A stretch of DNA of 64,000 bases from Octopus sinensis (taxonomy: Eukaryota). The notes beneath the pieces were generated by a model, which was not told where the DNA came from, ran no database searches, and saw only the letters and a list, made by a program, of their open reading frames with translations. Below, piece after piece: positions 41,145 to 55,289 of the stretch. The translations under genes were made by a program, and so were the position numbers. Position 1 is the stretch's first letter; the number at the start of each line of letters is the position of its first letter. Location of the stretch: positions 81,344,001-81,408,000 of the forward strand of contig NC_043004.1 in NCBI RefSeq assembly GCF_006345805.1, in the 5' to 3' direction.

Positions 41145-42265
41145 ACTCCCTTTCTTTCTCTCTCTCTCTTTCTCTCTCTCTCATCTCTCTCTCTAGCTCT
41201 ATCTATCTATCCTTCTTTCTTTCTTTCTCTCTCACTCTCTCTTTCTCATTCTCTCCCTCTTTCTCTCCTTCTCTCTGCCCCCTCTCAATCTCTTCCTCTC
41301 TTCCTCCCGCCCTCTCTCCCTCTCTCCCTCTCTTTCTCTCTCTCTCTTTCTCTCTCCCCCTCTCTCTCCTTCTTTCCCCCACTTTCTCTCTCCCTCACTC
41401 TTTCTATATTTCTCTATGTACATATCTGTGTTTGTGTTATTCTTTATTCATTTACTTGTTTCTGTCATTTGACTGCGGCCATGCTGGAGCACCACCTTGA
41501 AGAGCTCTTTAGTCGAACAAATCGACCCCAGAACTTATTTTTAAGCCTAGTACTTATTCCATCTGTCTCTTTTACCAACCGCTAAGCTACGAGGACGTTA
41601 ACACACCAGCACCGGTTGTCAAGCGGTGATGAGGGAACAAATACAGACACAAAGACACACATGCAAATATATATATATATACGACGGGCTTCTTTCTGTT
41701 TCCGTCTACCAAATCCACTAACAAGGCTTTGGTCGGCCCGAGGCTATAGTAGGAGACACTTGCCCATGGTGCCACGCAGTGGGACTGAACCCAAAACCTA
41801 TTTCTGTATTACCCACAAGGGGCTAAACATATAGGGGACAAACAAGGACAGATATAGGTATTAAGTCGATTACATCGACCCCGGTGCGTAACTGGTACTT
41901 AATTTATCGACCCCGGAAGGATGAAAGGCAAAGTCGACCTCGGCGGAATTTGAACTCAGAACGTAACGGCAGACGAAATACCGCTAAGCATTTCGCCCGG
42001 CGTGCTAACGTTTCTGCCAACTCGCCGCCTTATTGGGACTGAACCCCAAACCATTTGGTTCTTACCACACAGCCACGCCTGCGCCTATATACATTCTTCT
42101 CTTACTGCTTATGTGTGTAAGCATATTTTTCTATATGCTCATGAGGAGAGGGAAAACGACATGTCAATCGTTGCTTAATTAATAAACTGTAATCTCTCTC
42201 TCTCTCACTCACTTTCCCACCCTCTCTTTCTCTCACTCGCTCCATTTGTGCATATTTCTCTCACT

Positions 42266-42378
<113 letters not shown>

Positions 42379-42379
42379 T

Positions 42380-43292
42380 GTTTTTTTATTAGCCACACAG
42401 GGCTGCACACAGATAGAACAAATTACAAAGTAGAGCTTTTCTTTTGAAGGTAAAAAAAAAGGGGGGGTGTTCGATCAAAAGGGATCGTAAAAGGAGAGAG
42501 AGAGGACAAAAGGGGGGGGTTAAAAAAGGGGGAGAGGAAAAAAATTGATCAATAGGGATCGTTATCACAGAAATGTCAATATGAAGTATAAAGGGGAGGA
42601 CAGGTGAGGTTTACCCGTGGAAAGAAAAGCCTACGGAAAAGACCACGGTAACCTCGGTCAATGAAGTCACATGTTATATTTCTTTCTTTTATTTTTTTTT
42701 TTTTGCAAATAAGCAACTCTCTGTATTAATTTTTATGGTTCATAGAATCATAGTCAAGGTGGCTACATTCACCCATCTTTTTTTAAAACATTCGCTAGAC
42801 AAAACTTGCCTCTCTACTCTCACTTTCCTTTTCAAGTGGTACTTGAAGAAGTTGATGAGAGATTGACCAGAGAGGAAAGTGTTTGTCTCTAATCCTTTCA
42901 GGCGCGTCCACCAGATACATTCTTTCGCCATAGCCACAAGTATGATAAAAATAGCTCTTCCTTCCCGTTTGAAGGAAGGAGGCGTGACGATATTAACGAT
43001 AGACTCGGCTGATAAACCGACACGTCCCACACGTGACAGCAGTCGTTCGACATAAGCCCACAGGTCGGAAATTGCTGGACACTGCACGATTGCGTGCAGA
43101 GCGGTTTCGTCGCTCTGCCCGCATCTCGGGCAGGTCGGCCCCGTGTTTCTCGAGCCATGCCTATAGAGCTTATCCCGAACGGATAGCGCTTCTCGGTAGC
43201 ACCGCCAGGCCAGGGATCTCTGGAAGTTGTCCATAGGTCCCGGGCCGAAAGTCGTTTGAAACAGGCGGGTCAGGTATTCCTCGTCGACGCCT
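42380..43292 (-). mobile_element. 5'-truncated L1/Tx1-type LINE (RT-associated zinc finger and 3' UTR)
   Basis: WRCYREALSVRDKL...CPRCGQSDETALHAIVQCP...IWWTR; AATAAA at the 3' end followed by (TATC)n. Confidence 0.8.
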
Positions 43293-43520
43293 AGGATAGA
43301 TAGGAGGAAGGAGGGGGAGCCGGGGAGGATGAGGAGGGGGAGCCGGGGAGGAGGAGGAGGAGGAAGAAGAATAGGAATGGGGGGTGGGGAGGAGGAGGAG
43401 GAGGAGGAGGAGGAGGAGGAGGAGGAGGAGGAGAAGGAGGAGAAAAAGAAGAAGAAGAAGAAGAAGAAGAAGAAGAAGAAGAAGAAAAAGAAGAAGGAGG
43501 AAGAGAAGAAGAAGAAGAAG

Positions 43521-43552
<32 letters not shown>

Positions 43553-44735
43553 TCTACTCTGCACTGGACTGGTACTTTATTCGATCGGCTCCAAAAGGAT
43601 GAAAAGCAAAACAGACCACGTTTAGATTTGAACTCAGAGAGGAGAGAACCAGAAGGGCCATACCACAACCTCTTGCGATAATGAAAACTGCTTGTTGGCG
43701 GATACAAAGCAAAAGCTAGATATATTAGAAATTGAACGTCGTGTCTAATGACTCACCTGTTTGCACCTGGATACCCTCGATCTGTCACATCAAAACTGAT
43801 CAGGTGTTAACAACAACAACGCTTTTATTTCCATTTATTTTTTGCAGCTTGTGCTTTGCAGAGAATCTTCACATTTTAAAGTCAAAGCTTCGGTAATCCT
43901 TTTTGAAGTATTGATTTCAAATTTTGCCACAAAGCCAGCAGTTTTAGGGGAGGAGTAAATCGATTGCATTGATCCCAGTGCTCAACTTGTATTTGTTTTA
44001 GTGACTCCGAAAAGTTGAAAGGCAAAGTCGACCTTAGCGGAATTTGAACTCAGAGCGTACATACGGACTAAAATGCTGCTAAGCATTTTTCCTTGCGTGC
44101 TAACGATTCTGATAGCTCGCAGCATTGTCCTTTTTGAGATATTAAACAGCATTTGCCTCCCTGTTGTAAACTCAAGAGGTATTTTATAGACCATGAAGCG
44201 GCGAGCTGGCAGAAACGTTAGCACGCCGGGCGAAATGCATAGCCGTATTTCGTCTGCTGTTACGTTCTGAGTTCAAATTTCGCCGAGGTCGACTTTGCCT
44301 TTCATCCTTTCGGGGTCGATAAATAAAGTACCAGTTACACACTGGAGTCGATATAATCGACTTGATCCGTTTGTCTGTCCTCTCTGTGTTTAGCCCGTTG
44401 TAGGTAGTAAAGAAAGAAACCATTTTTTTAATAGACATTGTATAGAAACAAGATTCTGTGGATCAATTTTTTGTAGATAATTTATAAAAGTGGAATTACA
44501 TCAATTATATAAGCATAAATTATTCTATCCACTGTCTCAGATTTTCCCAAGACTTGTTGCTATTGTTGTTGTGAACTACAATCAACTTTCATCAGTCGGA
44601 TGCGTTCCTGTCACAACCATCTCTCTTTCTGAACATATCCAATACGTATCCCTCTTTCTTTCTTTCCCTTTTTCTTTCTCTCTTCCTTCTTCCTTCCTGT
44701 CTTTTCCATTTTTTTTAAATTTTTATTTTTTGTAG

Positions 44736-45180
44736 GACGTCTACGTGTGAGCTGAAGGACTTGGCTGCTGTCTCTAGCATACCGAGTGACTGCGTGTAAA
44801 AGCAGCTTCGTTCGTAAGCAGACTCGTTAGAAAACATTTATCTGCAGTCCCTCTTTCTTGTAAGACGTTTACGTGTGAGCAGAAGGATTTTGCTGCTATC
44901 TTTAGCACATCAAATGACTGCGTGTAAAACCTGCCTCGTTCGTAAGCAGATTCTTTAGAAATCTGACGTTTACGTGTGAGCTGAAGAATTTGGCTGCTAT
45001 CTTTAGCACATCGAATGATTGCGTGTAAAACCTGCCTCGTTCGTAAGCAGACTCGTTAGAAATCAGACGTTTACGTGAGAGCTGAAGAATTTGGCTGCTA
45101 TTTTAGCACATCGAATGACTACGTATGAAAGCTGCCTTATTCTTAAGCAGACTTGTTACAAATTACTTATCTGCCGTCCC
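44736..45180. repeat. Tandem repeat, 4 copies of a 101-128-bp unit
   Basis: gacgtttacgtgtgagctgaag..ttggctgctat..tagcacatcgaatgactgcgtgtaaaac..cctcgttcgtaagcagactcgttagaaa at 44736, 44864, 44965 and 45066. Confidence 0.9.
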
Positions 45181-46071
45181 AAGAGCGCCATAAAAAACAA
45201 TCTTATCGTATCTGACACAACTTGTCAGGTTTATTTACTTGTTGTTAGCTCTAGAAAATAAATAGATTTGCTTTCATTTTCGCAAAAAACTACTCAAAAT
45301 AAATTCGTAGAAGATGCACATTTTCTGGCTGCACATTTTCTTAAAATTCATATTTATTCAGAGAAAGTTCTCGAAAAAACGATTTGTGTCCCAGCCGTGG
45401 AATTCATTGCTGTTCTTCTATCTGCCCCACCACGATAACAACCACACACAAGTAAAAATAATACATGTGGTTGTGTGGTAAGAAGCTTGCTTTTCAACCA
45501 CTTTGATCTGGGTTCAATCTCTCCGCGCGGCACCTTGGGCAAGTGCCTCGGGCCGACCAAAGCCCTGTAAGTGGATTGTTTTTGGTAGATGGAAACTGAA
45601 AGAAGCCTATCATATATATATATATATATACATATATATTTTCTTTTATTCTTTTGATTCAGTCATTTGGCTGCAGCCATGCTGGAGCACTGCCTTTAGT
45701 TGAACAAATCGACCACAGGACTTATTCTTTATAAGTCTACTAATTATTCTATCGTTCTCTTTGGCCGAACCGCGAAATTACGGGGACGTAAACACACCGA
45801 TATCGGTTGCCAAGTGATTGTGGGAGGGACAAACACAGGTACATACATACATACATACATACATACATACATACATAAACACACACACACACGTGTGTAT
45901 GTGTATACGACGTGCTTCTTTCAGTTTCCGTCTACCAAATCCACTCGGAAGGCTTTGGTAGGCCCGAGGCTATAGTAGAAGAAACTTGCCCAAGGTGCCA
46001 GGCAGTGGGACTGAACCTGCAACCATGTGGTTGGTAAGCAAACTTCTTACCATACAGCGACGCCTGTGTAA

Positions 46072-46121
<50 letters not shown>

Positions 46122-46344
46122 TGTGTGTGTGTGTTGTGTGAGTGAGTGTGTGTGTGTGTGTGTATACAGGCATGGCTGTGTGGTTAGGAAGCTGAGTTTG
46201 CAGCTATGTGGTTTCGTGTTCAGTCCCACGGCACGGCACTTTGGGCCAGTGCCTTCTAATATAGCACCAATTCGACTAATATCTTGAGAATAAGTTTAGT
46301 AGACGCAAAACTGCGTGGAAGCCCTTCGTACAGGTGTGTGAGTG

Positions 46345-46603
46345 TGTGTACCTTATGAAAAGTAGGAGAGTCCAGTTTGCTGGACATTGTTGGAGAGCTG
46401 AAAAAGAAGTAATTTCTACTCTTCTCCTCTGGAAGCCATCTACTCGCAATACCAGAGGGCGCACATTCTCCTACCCTGATGTAATCTCCAGGGATACAGG
46501 CATCCAGCAACAGGACCTCCGTAATGCCATGATGGACCGTGAAGTCTGGCGTAGCATGGTAAATTCCATTGTCTCGACCACGATCGAACAATGATGATGA
46601 TGA
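46345..46603 (+). mobile_element. RTE-type LINE 3' end
   Basis: RRVQFAGHCWR...RGR..SYPD...MMDREVWRSMV* (RTE C-terminal R.W.GH..R / DR..WR pattern) with a (TGA)n tail. Confidence 0.75.
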
Positions 46604-46644
46604 TACATACATATACATGTAGATGTATTTATATTATGTGTATA

Positions 46645-46675
<31 letters not shown>

Positions 46676-46878
46676 TCTTTTACTTGTTTCAGTCATTTGA
46701 CTGTAGCAATGCTGGAGTACCGACTTTAGGCAAACTAATCGACCCCAGGACGAATTCTTTGTAAGCCTAGTATTTATTCTATCGGTATCTTTTGCCGAAC
46801 CGCTAAATTACGGGAACGTAAACACATCAGCATCTATTGTCAAGCGATGTTGGGGGAGGCAGACAGACACACACACAC

Positions 46879-46962
<84 letters not shown>

Positions 46963-46965
46963 ATA

Positions 46966-47340
46966 TCTTATATATAAATGTGAAGTTGTGTGTCTGTCTC
47001 CTACGATTTAGATTCCTAACTACTCCCACATTTTGCGGTGCAGTGTAACCAAAAGCAGGTATCTTATAGTCGTGATTCATATCGAGCTCTTCTGGGTATT
47101 AGGGCGTGTCTACGATTTAAAAAAAATTTTACCATAATTTTTTCCCATTTTTAATGCATTTTTTTGCTATTATATAAGGGAAGTAACTCTCTAAAAATGT
47201 ATTATTAAATCTCAGAACGTAAAAAGCTACAGTAACACCCCGCTTTGTGGTTAGCCATATTGAGATGGCTATTATACTTTACATCTCCAAAAATGGTTAC
47301 ATAGTTATTTCCCTTACAAACCCGAGCAACGCCGGGCGAT
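46966..47340 (+). mobile_element. Non-autonomous Helitron-like element
   Basis: Starts with TC; ends atttcccttacaaacccgagcaacgccgggcgat (same 3' end as 56435-56480). The 5' half is shared with 10104-10325. Confidence 0.7.
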
Positions 47341-47367
47341 ATATATATATAGTATATATTATATATA

Positions 47368-47440
<73 letters not shown>

Positions 47441-47981
47441 GTTTATTTATATGTGTGTGTGTATGGAGGGGGTATATGTGTAAGTGTATGTGTATGTAAG
47501 CGTTTGTTCCCCCTCCACCGCATGTCAACCGGTGTTGTTTTGTTTATGGCCCCCGTAAATGTGCGGTTTGGTTAAATAATCGATAGAATAGGTACCAGAC
47601 TTGATATAAGCAGAAATAGATAAATAAATGAATAAATAAATAAATAAATCTGCCGAGTCTCTTATTTGACGACGAACAAATCCCAAAAGGAGAGAAATAT
47701 TTAAGTTATCTCCCTTGCACACTTTACGTTTATTGACAAAACGTTGTGGTTTACGTTCATAGCGAAATGTTGGATTAACGATTGGAATAAATGTTTCTAA
47801 ATTTGATAGAAGGACAGTAATTTAGGGGTGGACATCGGCCCTACTATTCGACTGGTACTTTATTTTCTCGACTTCTGCCCCGAAAGGATGGAAGACAAAG
47901 ATGAACTCAGTAGAATTTGAACACAGAAATGTAAAGACGGATAAAATGGTGTTAAACATTTTTGTCCGCCATGTTAACGAC

Positions 47982-48049
<68 letters not shown>

Positions 48050-48050
<1 letters not shown>

Positions 48051-48362
48051 GCAAAAGGGGCTGATTGCTACCTAACTCAGATACCAGGAAACCCCAAAAT
48101 GGCAGAAATTCAGAAGATAGTGCTCATGGGAACTGCTCATATCCTACGCAAAATACTCTCTATGTAATCTCAAGTTTTAAAACACATAATTTTCGTATGG
48201 TTTTTTTTTTAGAGATTCACTAGTACAACACTAAGTACAAAACCAAATATATGGCACACTAGGCATAACACCAACATGAACTTCCAACTTGTTGTCTCTT
48301 GAGGTCTCTGGGTGAGACTTGGAGCCAACTTGTACAAATGTAAAGCAAAAGTCAAACATAGA
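48050..48362 (+). mobile_element. 3' end of another R4/Dong-type LINE inserted in (TAA)n
   Basis: AKGADCYLTQIPGNPKMAEIQKIVLMGTAHILRKILSM* plus UTR, with (TAA)n on both sides. Confidence 0.7.
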
Positions 48363-48384
48363 ATGATGATGATAATAATAATAA

Positions 48385-48445
<61 letters not shown>

Positions 48446-48685
48446 CCTTTCTGCTATAGGCACAAGGCCTGAAATTTTGGAGTAAGTGGATTATCGACTA
48501 CACTGACCCCCAGTTTTCGGTTGATACTTATTTCATTGACCCCGAAAGGATAAAAGGCTAAGCTGACCTCGGTGGAATTTGAACGCAGACAATAAACATA
48601 ACCTAAATGCCCAAATCACAAAATTTAGGGGAAGGAGGAAGAGGAGCAGTCGATTACATTGACCCCTACTACTACTAGTAGTAAC

Positions 48686-48759
<74 letters not shown>

Positions 48760-49825
48760 AGTATGGTGGTAGCATGCGCTGTAACTACGCGTCACTGCAT
48801 CCACCATTTGTTGGGGACTCCCTGGCGGATGACACCTTAGCGCCACTCAGGCGACAACTCTCCAACCCATGGGTCTGTTTGGGGAGTCATTGCTGGCAAA
48901 GTTGTTTTTTTTACAAGGCTGGAGTGCAAATCCTACCTCAAGCGCTTTCTGTCGTCCTTTTTTTTTTTTTAACGACAGCCCGAAGAAATCCCGATCCCCA
49001 CTCGGTACAGGAGCAATTGTGATCTGAAGTGTTTTTCTCAAGAACACAATACACCACCCAGTCCAGGAATCGAATACACGATCTGCCGATCGTAAGTGCA
49101 ACGCCCTAAGCACTAGGCCACACGCCTTAATCGACCCCAAAAGAATAAACATCACACCTCACTTCAACAGTATTTGATCTCAGAACGTCAAGAGATGAGG
49201 TAAAAAAATCGACTCTAACAATTATAATAAAACTTACAAAAAAAAAAAATTCTACATGTAATTTCTCTAAATATTTTCAAATCAGAGTTTATACACAAAA
49301 TAAATATATTTCTCTCTCAATAAACCAAAATAATGCTTTGTAAATTACATTTATCATTATCTCTTTTTTTTATTTCATTCTGTTAATGTAATATTTAGAA
49401 TTGGTAAATCGAATTTATTAACCTGCAAGTTGTGTTATCTTTTCCTTTTAGTGACGTAAACGATGTAAGAAAGATAACTCTGGTAAACTTCGCAGTAAAA
49501 CGTTTTGATGAAACACGAATATTTGACGTCTCAAACATTTCACACCGGATCCTACATGCAAAACTTGGGTCCATATCACATGTGTTGATGCCTAAAATAT
49601 GCGCTAGTTGTATTTTCTCCCGTTTGATAGGGGTTTTTCATTCTCTTTTTTTTTTTTTTCACCACAACCTTGCTCCCTTTGAAGAAGCCTTTTATGAAAG
49701 TATTTTGAAAATTTAAGAACCTCCCCCCACCACACACACACATCCCCACACACCCACCCACCGTTTTTTTGCACTACATACATAAAAACTATGGGAGAAG
49801 ACTTGTCGATGAAGAAAGAAAATTA

Positions 49826-49988
49826 GGCGTGGGAGTGGCTGTGTGGTATGTAGCTTGCTTGCGAACCACATGGTTCCGGGTTCAGTCCCACCGCGCGGCA
49901 CCTTGGGCAAGTGTCTTCTACTCTAGCCTCGGGCCGACCAATGCCTTGTGAGTGGATTTGGTAGACGGAAACTGAAAGAAGCCCGTCG

Positions 49989-50027
<39 letters not shown>

Positions 50028-50215
50028 ATGTCCCCCCCACAACATCGCTTGACAACCGATGCTGGTGTGCTTAAGTACTCGTAACTTAGCGGTTCGGCAA
50101 AAGGATCCGATAGAATAAGTACTAGGCTTACAAAGAATAAGTTCTGGGGTCGATTTGATCGACTAAAGGCGGTGCTCCAGCATGGCCAGTCACATGACTG
50201 AAACAAGTAAAAGAG
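49826..50215 (+). mobile_element. Full-length CORE-type SINE copy
   Basis: ggcgtgggagtggctgtgtgg...cggcaccttgggcaagtgtcttcta...gactgaaacaagtaaaag. Confidence 0.85.
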
Positions 50216-50747
50216 TAAATCGTCGATCACCCTTATAATTCCTTTATTTTCAAGCAGAAAGTGAAAACAATTTTAAATAGTGAGATTAAAAAAATTTTTT
50301 TCAGTAACATACATAAATGTGTGTGTGTTGCTGCCTCCTTCTCTTGACATCACATGATAGTCGTAAATAAGTGTGACCTACATACAAGCGGTGTCCTTCG
50401 TTTTCAGTCTTCTGTGAAAAAGCTCTCGTCATAGAGTATTATTCCATTGCTTGGCAACAAGTTAGGGTTGGTGACAGTTAAAGGATCCGACTGTAGAAAA
50501 TTGGCCTCAGCAAATTTCTTTCAACCTATGTGGCATCAACAAGACTTTGGTTGACCAGAAGCAAGAGTAGAAGACATTTGTCCAAAGTGCCACACAGCGG
50601 GACTGAACCTGGAACCATGCGGCTGGGAAACGAACCTCTTAACCACACAGCCTTACTTATAAAAGTCCCCAAACGTTTCATTGTTTCTTTAGAATAAAAG
50701 AAGACGTGGCCTCCAGGTTACTGTCCAAGCGTCGCCGTATATGTATA

Positions 50748-50795
<48 letters not shown>

Positions 50796-51021
50796 CAGAC
50801 AGACATCATTTAACGTCCACTTTTCTGTGTTTGCATGAGTTGGATAGAATTTGTTGAGGCAGGATTTCAATGGTCAGATGCCTTTCCTGCTGCCAACCTT
50901 CACCGATTTCCAAGCAAGATAAATATTCCCTACCACCAGACATGTTTACATGAAAAGCACACTGCCAGCATAACAGTAACATTCATTTACAACTATCACA
51001 CGAAGTTGAGGCGAGAAGACA

Positions 51022-51056
<35 letters not shown>

Positions 51057-53697
51057 GTACCCACAAGGGGCTAAAAATAGAGGGGACAAACAAGGACACG
51101 GCGATTAAGTCAATTACATTGACCCCAGTGCGTAACTGGTACTTTTTCATCGACCCTGAAAGGATTAAAGGCAAAGTCGACCTCGGCGGAATTTGAACTC
51201 AGAACAAAATACCGCTACGCATTTCGCCCGGCGTGAGAGGCTGCGCCAGGCCCCAACCTGATTTGGCAGGGTTTCTTCTACAGCTGGATGCCCTTCCTAA
51301 CATCAACCACTCCAAGACCGGCACAAGAGCCAGTCAGGCAGCACTGGCATCAGTCATGCTCGAATGGTACTTTCTACGTGCCACCAGAAAAGGTGCCAGT
51401 CAGGCGGCACTGGCATCAGCTATGGCTACAGTTTCATTCGGTTCAATACACACACACAATGGGCTTCTTTCAGTTTCCATCTACCAAATCCACTCACAAG
51501 GCTTTGCTCAGGCATGGAGCGTCAGAAACACTTGCCAAAGGTGCCACCCACAACCAAGTGGTTGAGAGCCAGGCCTCCACAATATAACATACACACACAC
51601 AAACACTCTGAAGTGGTTGGTATCAGGGAGAGCATCCAGCTGTAGAAACCTTGCCAGAACAGACAACGGAGCCTAGTGTAGCCCCTGGCTTTAACAGCTT
51701 CGGCCAAACCATCCAACCCATGCCAGCATGGAAAACGGACGTTAAACATCATCATCATCGTTTAACGTCTGCTTTCCATGCTGGCATGGTTGGACGGTTT
51801 GACAAGGCGGTGAGCTGGCAGAAACGTTAGCACGCCGGGCAAAATGCTTTGCAGTATTTCGTCTGCCGTTACGTTGTGAGTTCAAATTCCGCCAAGGTCA
51901 ACTTTGCCTTTCATCCTTTCGGGGTCGATAAATTAAGTACCAGTTACGCACTGGGGTCGATGTAATCGACTTAATACCTATGTCTGTCCTTGTTTGTTCC
52001 CTCTGTTTAGCCCCTTGTGGGTAATAAAGAAATAGGTTTGACTAAGGTCTGGCAAGCCAGAAGGCTGCACCAGGCTCCAATCTGTTATGGTGAAGTTTCT
52101 ACAGCTGGATGCCCTTCCTAACGCCAACGACTTAAGAGTGTAGTGGATGCTTTTTACGTGCCACCGGATATTTATATCACAGTTCCGTTATAGATAGAAC
52201 CAACAAAAATAGTATATCATCCACTGGGAGATAAATATAAATTCTACACACAACCGAAAGAGTTATAGTTTCATGCTTTAAGATACATTAAATTTATATA
52301 ACAAGACAGAGTGTGCAGGAGTGGTAAGAAGCTGGTTTCCCAGTCACATGGTCCAGGTTCAGTTCCACTGTGTGGGACCTTGGGCAAGTGTCTTCTCGGA
52401 GCAACCAAAGCCTTGTGAATGGATTTGGTAGATGGAAACTGAAAAAAGGCCATCATATGTGTGTGTGTGTGTGTGTCTGTCTCTCAATGTTGGTGTGTTT
52501 ATATCCCTGTAACTTAGCAGTTCGGCAAAAGGCTTCAATAGAATAAGTACTTGGATTACAAAGAATAAGTCTTGGGGTCAATTTGTTTGACTAAAAGTGG
52601 TGCTCTAGTATGGGCAGAGTCAAATGATTGTAACAAATAGCAGAATAAAAAGAAAACCATGTGTCTCCGTGTAATCTTCCAGTGCCATCATCATCGCCGT
52701 TTAACGTCCGCTTTCCATACTGGCATGGGTTGGACGGTTTGACTGAGAACTGGCAAGCTAGAAGGCTGCACCAGGCTCCAATCTGATCTGGCAAATTTCT
52801 ACAGCTGGATGCCCTTCCTTACGCCAACCACTCCTCCGAGATTGTAGTGGATGATTTTATGTGCCACCAATATGACGGCCAGTCAGGCAGTGCTGGCAAT
52901 GACCATACTCAAAAGGTGCTCGAATGGTGCTTTTTACGTGCCACCAGCACGGGAACCAGTTAGCAACCCTGGCAATGACCACACTTGGTGCTTTTAACGT
53001 TCCACTGGCACGAGTGCCACTCGTGTGGTACTGTCATCGACCACGTCAGTGATTTAGATTTCACTACCTCAGCAGGTCTTTGCAAGCCAAGTTTATTGCT
53101 ACATGTATTTAAAAACCAGGATGCTGGTCTATGAAAAATTATTAGAAAAAACAAGGTTGATGTAAAAAGTGGAACCTTGTTTTATGAATCTATTTCATTA
53201 CTGAAGGCCTTTCGTCACCAGAAATCTTCATAAACTGGACCTATTTTTTCCCCACAGAAAATTCATGAGGAGGCATGGCGAATTCAAGCGGGGATGTGCA
53301 CTGAACGAGAGTTAGCTCACTGCTTTAATAACAATCCTATCTGTTACAGGCACAGAGACTGAAATTTGGTGGGGAGGGGCCTAATTGATTATACCAACCC
53401 CAGTGCACAACTGGTACTTTATTTTATCAACCTGAAAAGAATGAAAGGCAAAGCTGACCTCAGTGGAATTTGAGCTCAGAATGTAAAGAACCAGAATGGA
53501 TCCACAAATTTCACAATGCAGACTGTTGACAAAATGTGATATAAAATTTAAAAAGGAAAAAAGTGACTGTGTGGGTTGAGACACTTGCTTTCCAACAAAG
53601 CAGTTGTGTGTTCAATCCCACCACATAGCACCTTGGACAAGAGTCTTCTACAAAAGACCAGTTGTCAAGCTGTGCTGAGAGATACACCACACATGTA

Positions 53698-54563
53698 TTG
53701 GGTCATCCCATAAATAATGCAGTTTTTTTCAGTTACATGAACAAAAAGTTGGAAGGGGACTTGCCTTGTCCTTATTCTTAGTGCAAGTTTTGAAGAGTGC
53801 AGTTCGATTTTAAAAGTTACTTTTTCAAAGCTATAATGGAAGTGACAAAGGAGAATTGCTTTACAAGTTCAATAAAGGCAACAACGCAATGGAAAGTGTG
53901 AGGAATATTAATGCAGTATATAGGGAACAGACAATAAGCATAAGCCAGTGTCAACGGTGGTTCCAGAAATTCCGAGCTGGAAACTACAGCCTAGAAGGCA
54001 AGCCACATCCTGGAAGAGCTGTAGAGCTCAACGAGGACATCATGCAAACCATGGGGGAACAACATGCCATCATAACTGTTGAGGAACTAGCAGAGAAGTT
54101 TGGATTTGGTAATTCAACTAGTCATTCAAGCCAGCACTAGAAGATAAACAACCATCTTTGGTTTCAAGACGAAAAGTGTTCGTCCATCAGGATAATGCTC
54201 AGCCACATACAGCAAGAATGACATTCCAAACGCTGGAGCAGTTTCAATGGGAAATGATGCCCCACCCACCATATTTGTCGGACATTTCCTCATCTGATTA
54301 TCATTTATTCTGTAATCTTTAAAATCATTCGGATGGAAAAAATATGAATTTTGTAGACGAGGTCAGAACAGTACTGGAGAAATACTTTTCATCACGGACA
54401 AGTAAATTTTGGAAGAGGGGCCTTGCAAATCTACCAGATAGATGGAAGAGCATTGTAGAAAATGAAGGAGAGTATATTTTTGATTAAAAAAGAACTTTGT
54501 TTATCTTAATTTTGAAAAATAAAAGAAGTATAGAAGAACCCCATTATTTATGGGATGACCCAA
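53698..54563 (+). mobile_element. Internally deleted mariner (DD34D-type) DNA transposon
   Basis: TIRs ttgggtcatcccataaataatg / cattatttatgggatgacccaa with TA target duplications (53696-97, 54564-65). Transposase remnants QRWFQKFRAGNYSLE..PGR (HTH) and HQDNAQPH...HPPYLSDISSSDYHLF. Confidence 0.92.
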
Positions 54564-55078
54564 TAAATACGTACATACATACAACAGGCTTCTTTCAATT
54601 TTCATTTACCAAATTCACTTACAAGGCTTTAGTCAGCCTGGGGTTATAGCAGAAGATACTTGCTCAAGCTGTCATGTTGCGGGACTGAACCCAGGATCCT
54701 GTGGTTGGGAAGCAAGCTTCTTACCACACAGCCCTAGGCATGTGATTGTCGTAAATGACTATCGACATCATCACCATACAAGCGATGTTGTTCGTTTCCA
54801 GTCTTCCCTGAAAAGCATGTCTGTCCATGGATAAATATTACCTTATTTGGAAACAATTGAGTGTTCGCAAGGGGGCGGACATCCAGCCTTAGAAAATCCA
54901 CTTCAATGAATTCTGTCCAATCCATGGAAGCATGAAAAGTGGACATTAAATGATTATGATGATGATGATGATGTGTGTAATGAAGACAAAACTGCCAAAA
55001 ATTCTGAATATATAATATTTTTATACAAAAAAAAAATCAAAAAGTAAAACAAGAGTGAAGAAAAAGAAGGAAAAAAAT

Positions 55079-55289
55079 TTAAACAAATGTGATTCTGTTG
55101 CGAGCTGCATTAATGTGCCAGACATTGAGTTCTTCATATTCTTCAATGCAAGCATCAACGGTGTCAGGCTTGTGGCCCTTTGCCATACACAATTCCATCA
55201 CATCAGCAACCTTCAGGGATTTACTTCCATGTGTCGAAGCAGCCATGTCTTTGATGATGGAGAATATCTGGTCAGTCACATTGGTACTC
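55079..55289 (-). CDS. MCM7: MCM7 last coding exon, C-terminal winged helix: STNVTDQIFSIIKDM...EEYEELNVWHINAARNRITFV*
   Basis: cattctag acceptor. Ends EYEELNVW..N..R.RITFV-stop, the characteristic MCM7 C-terminus. Confidence 0.96.
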
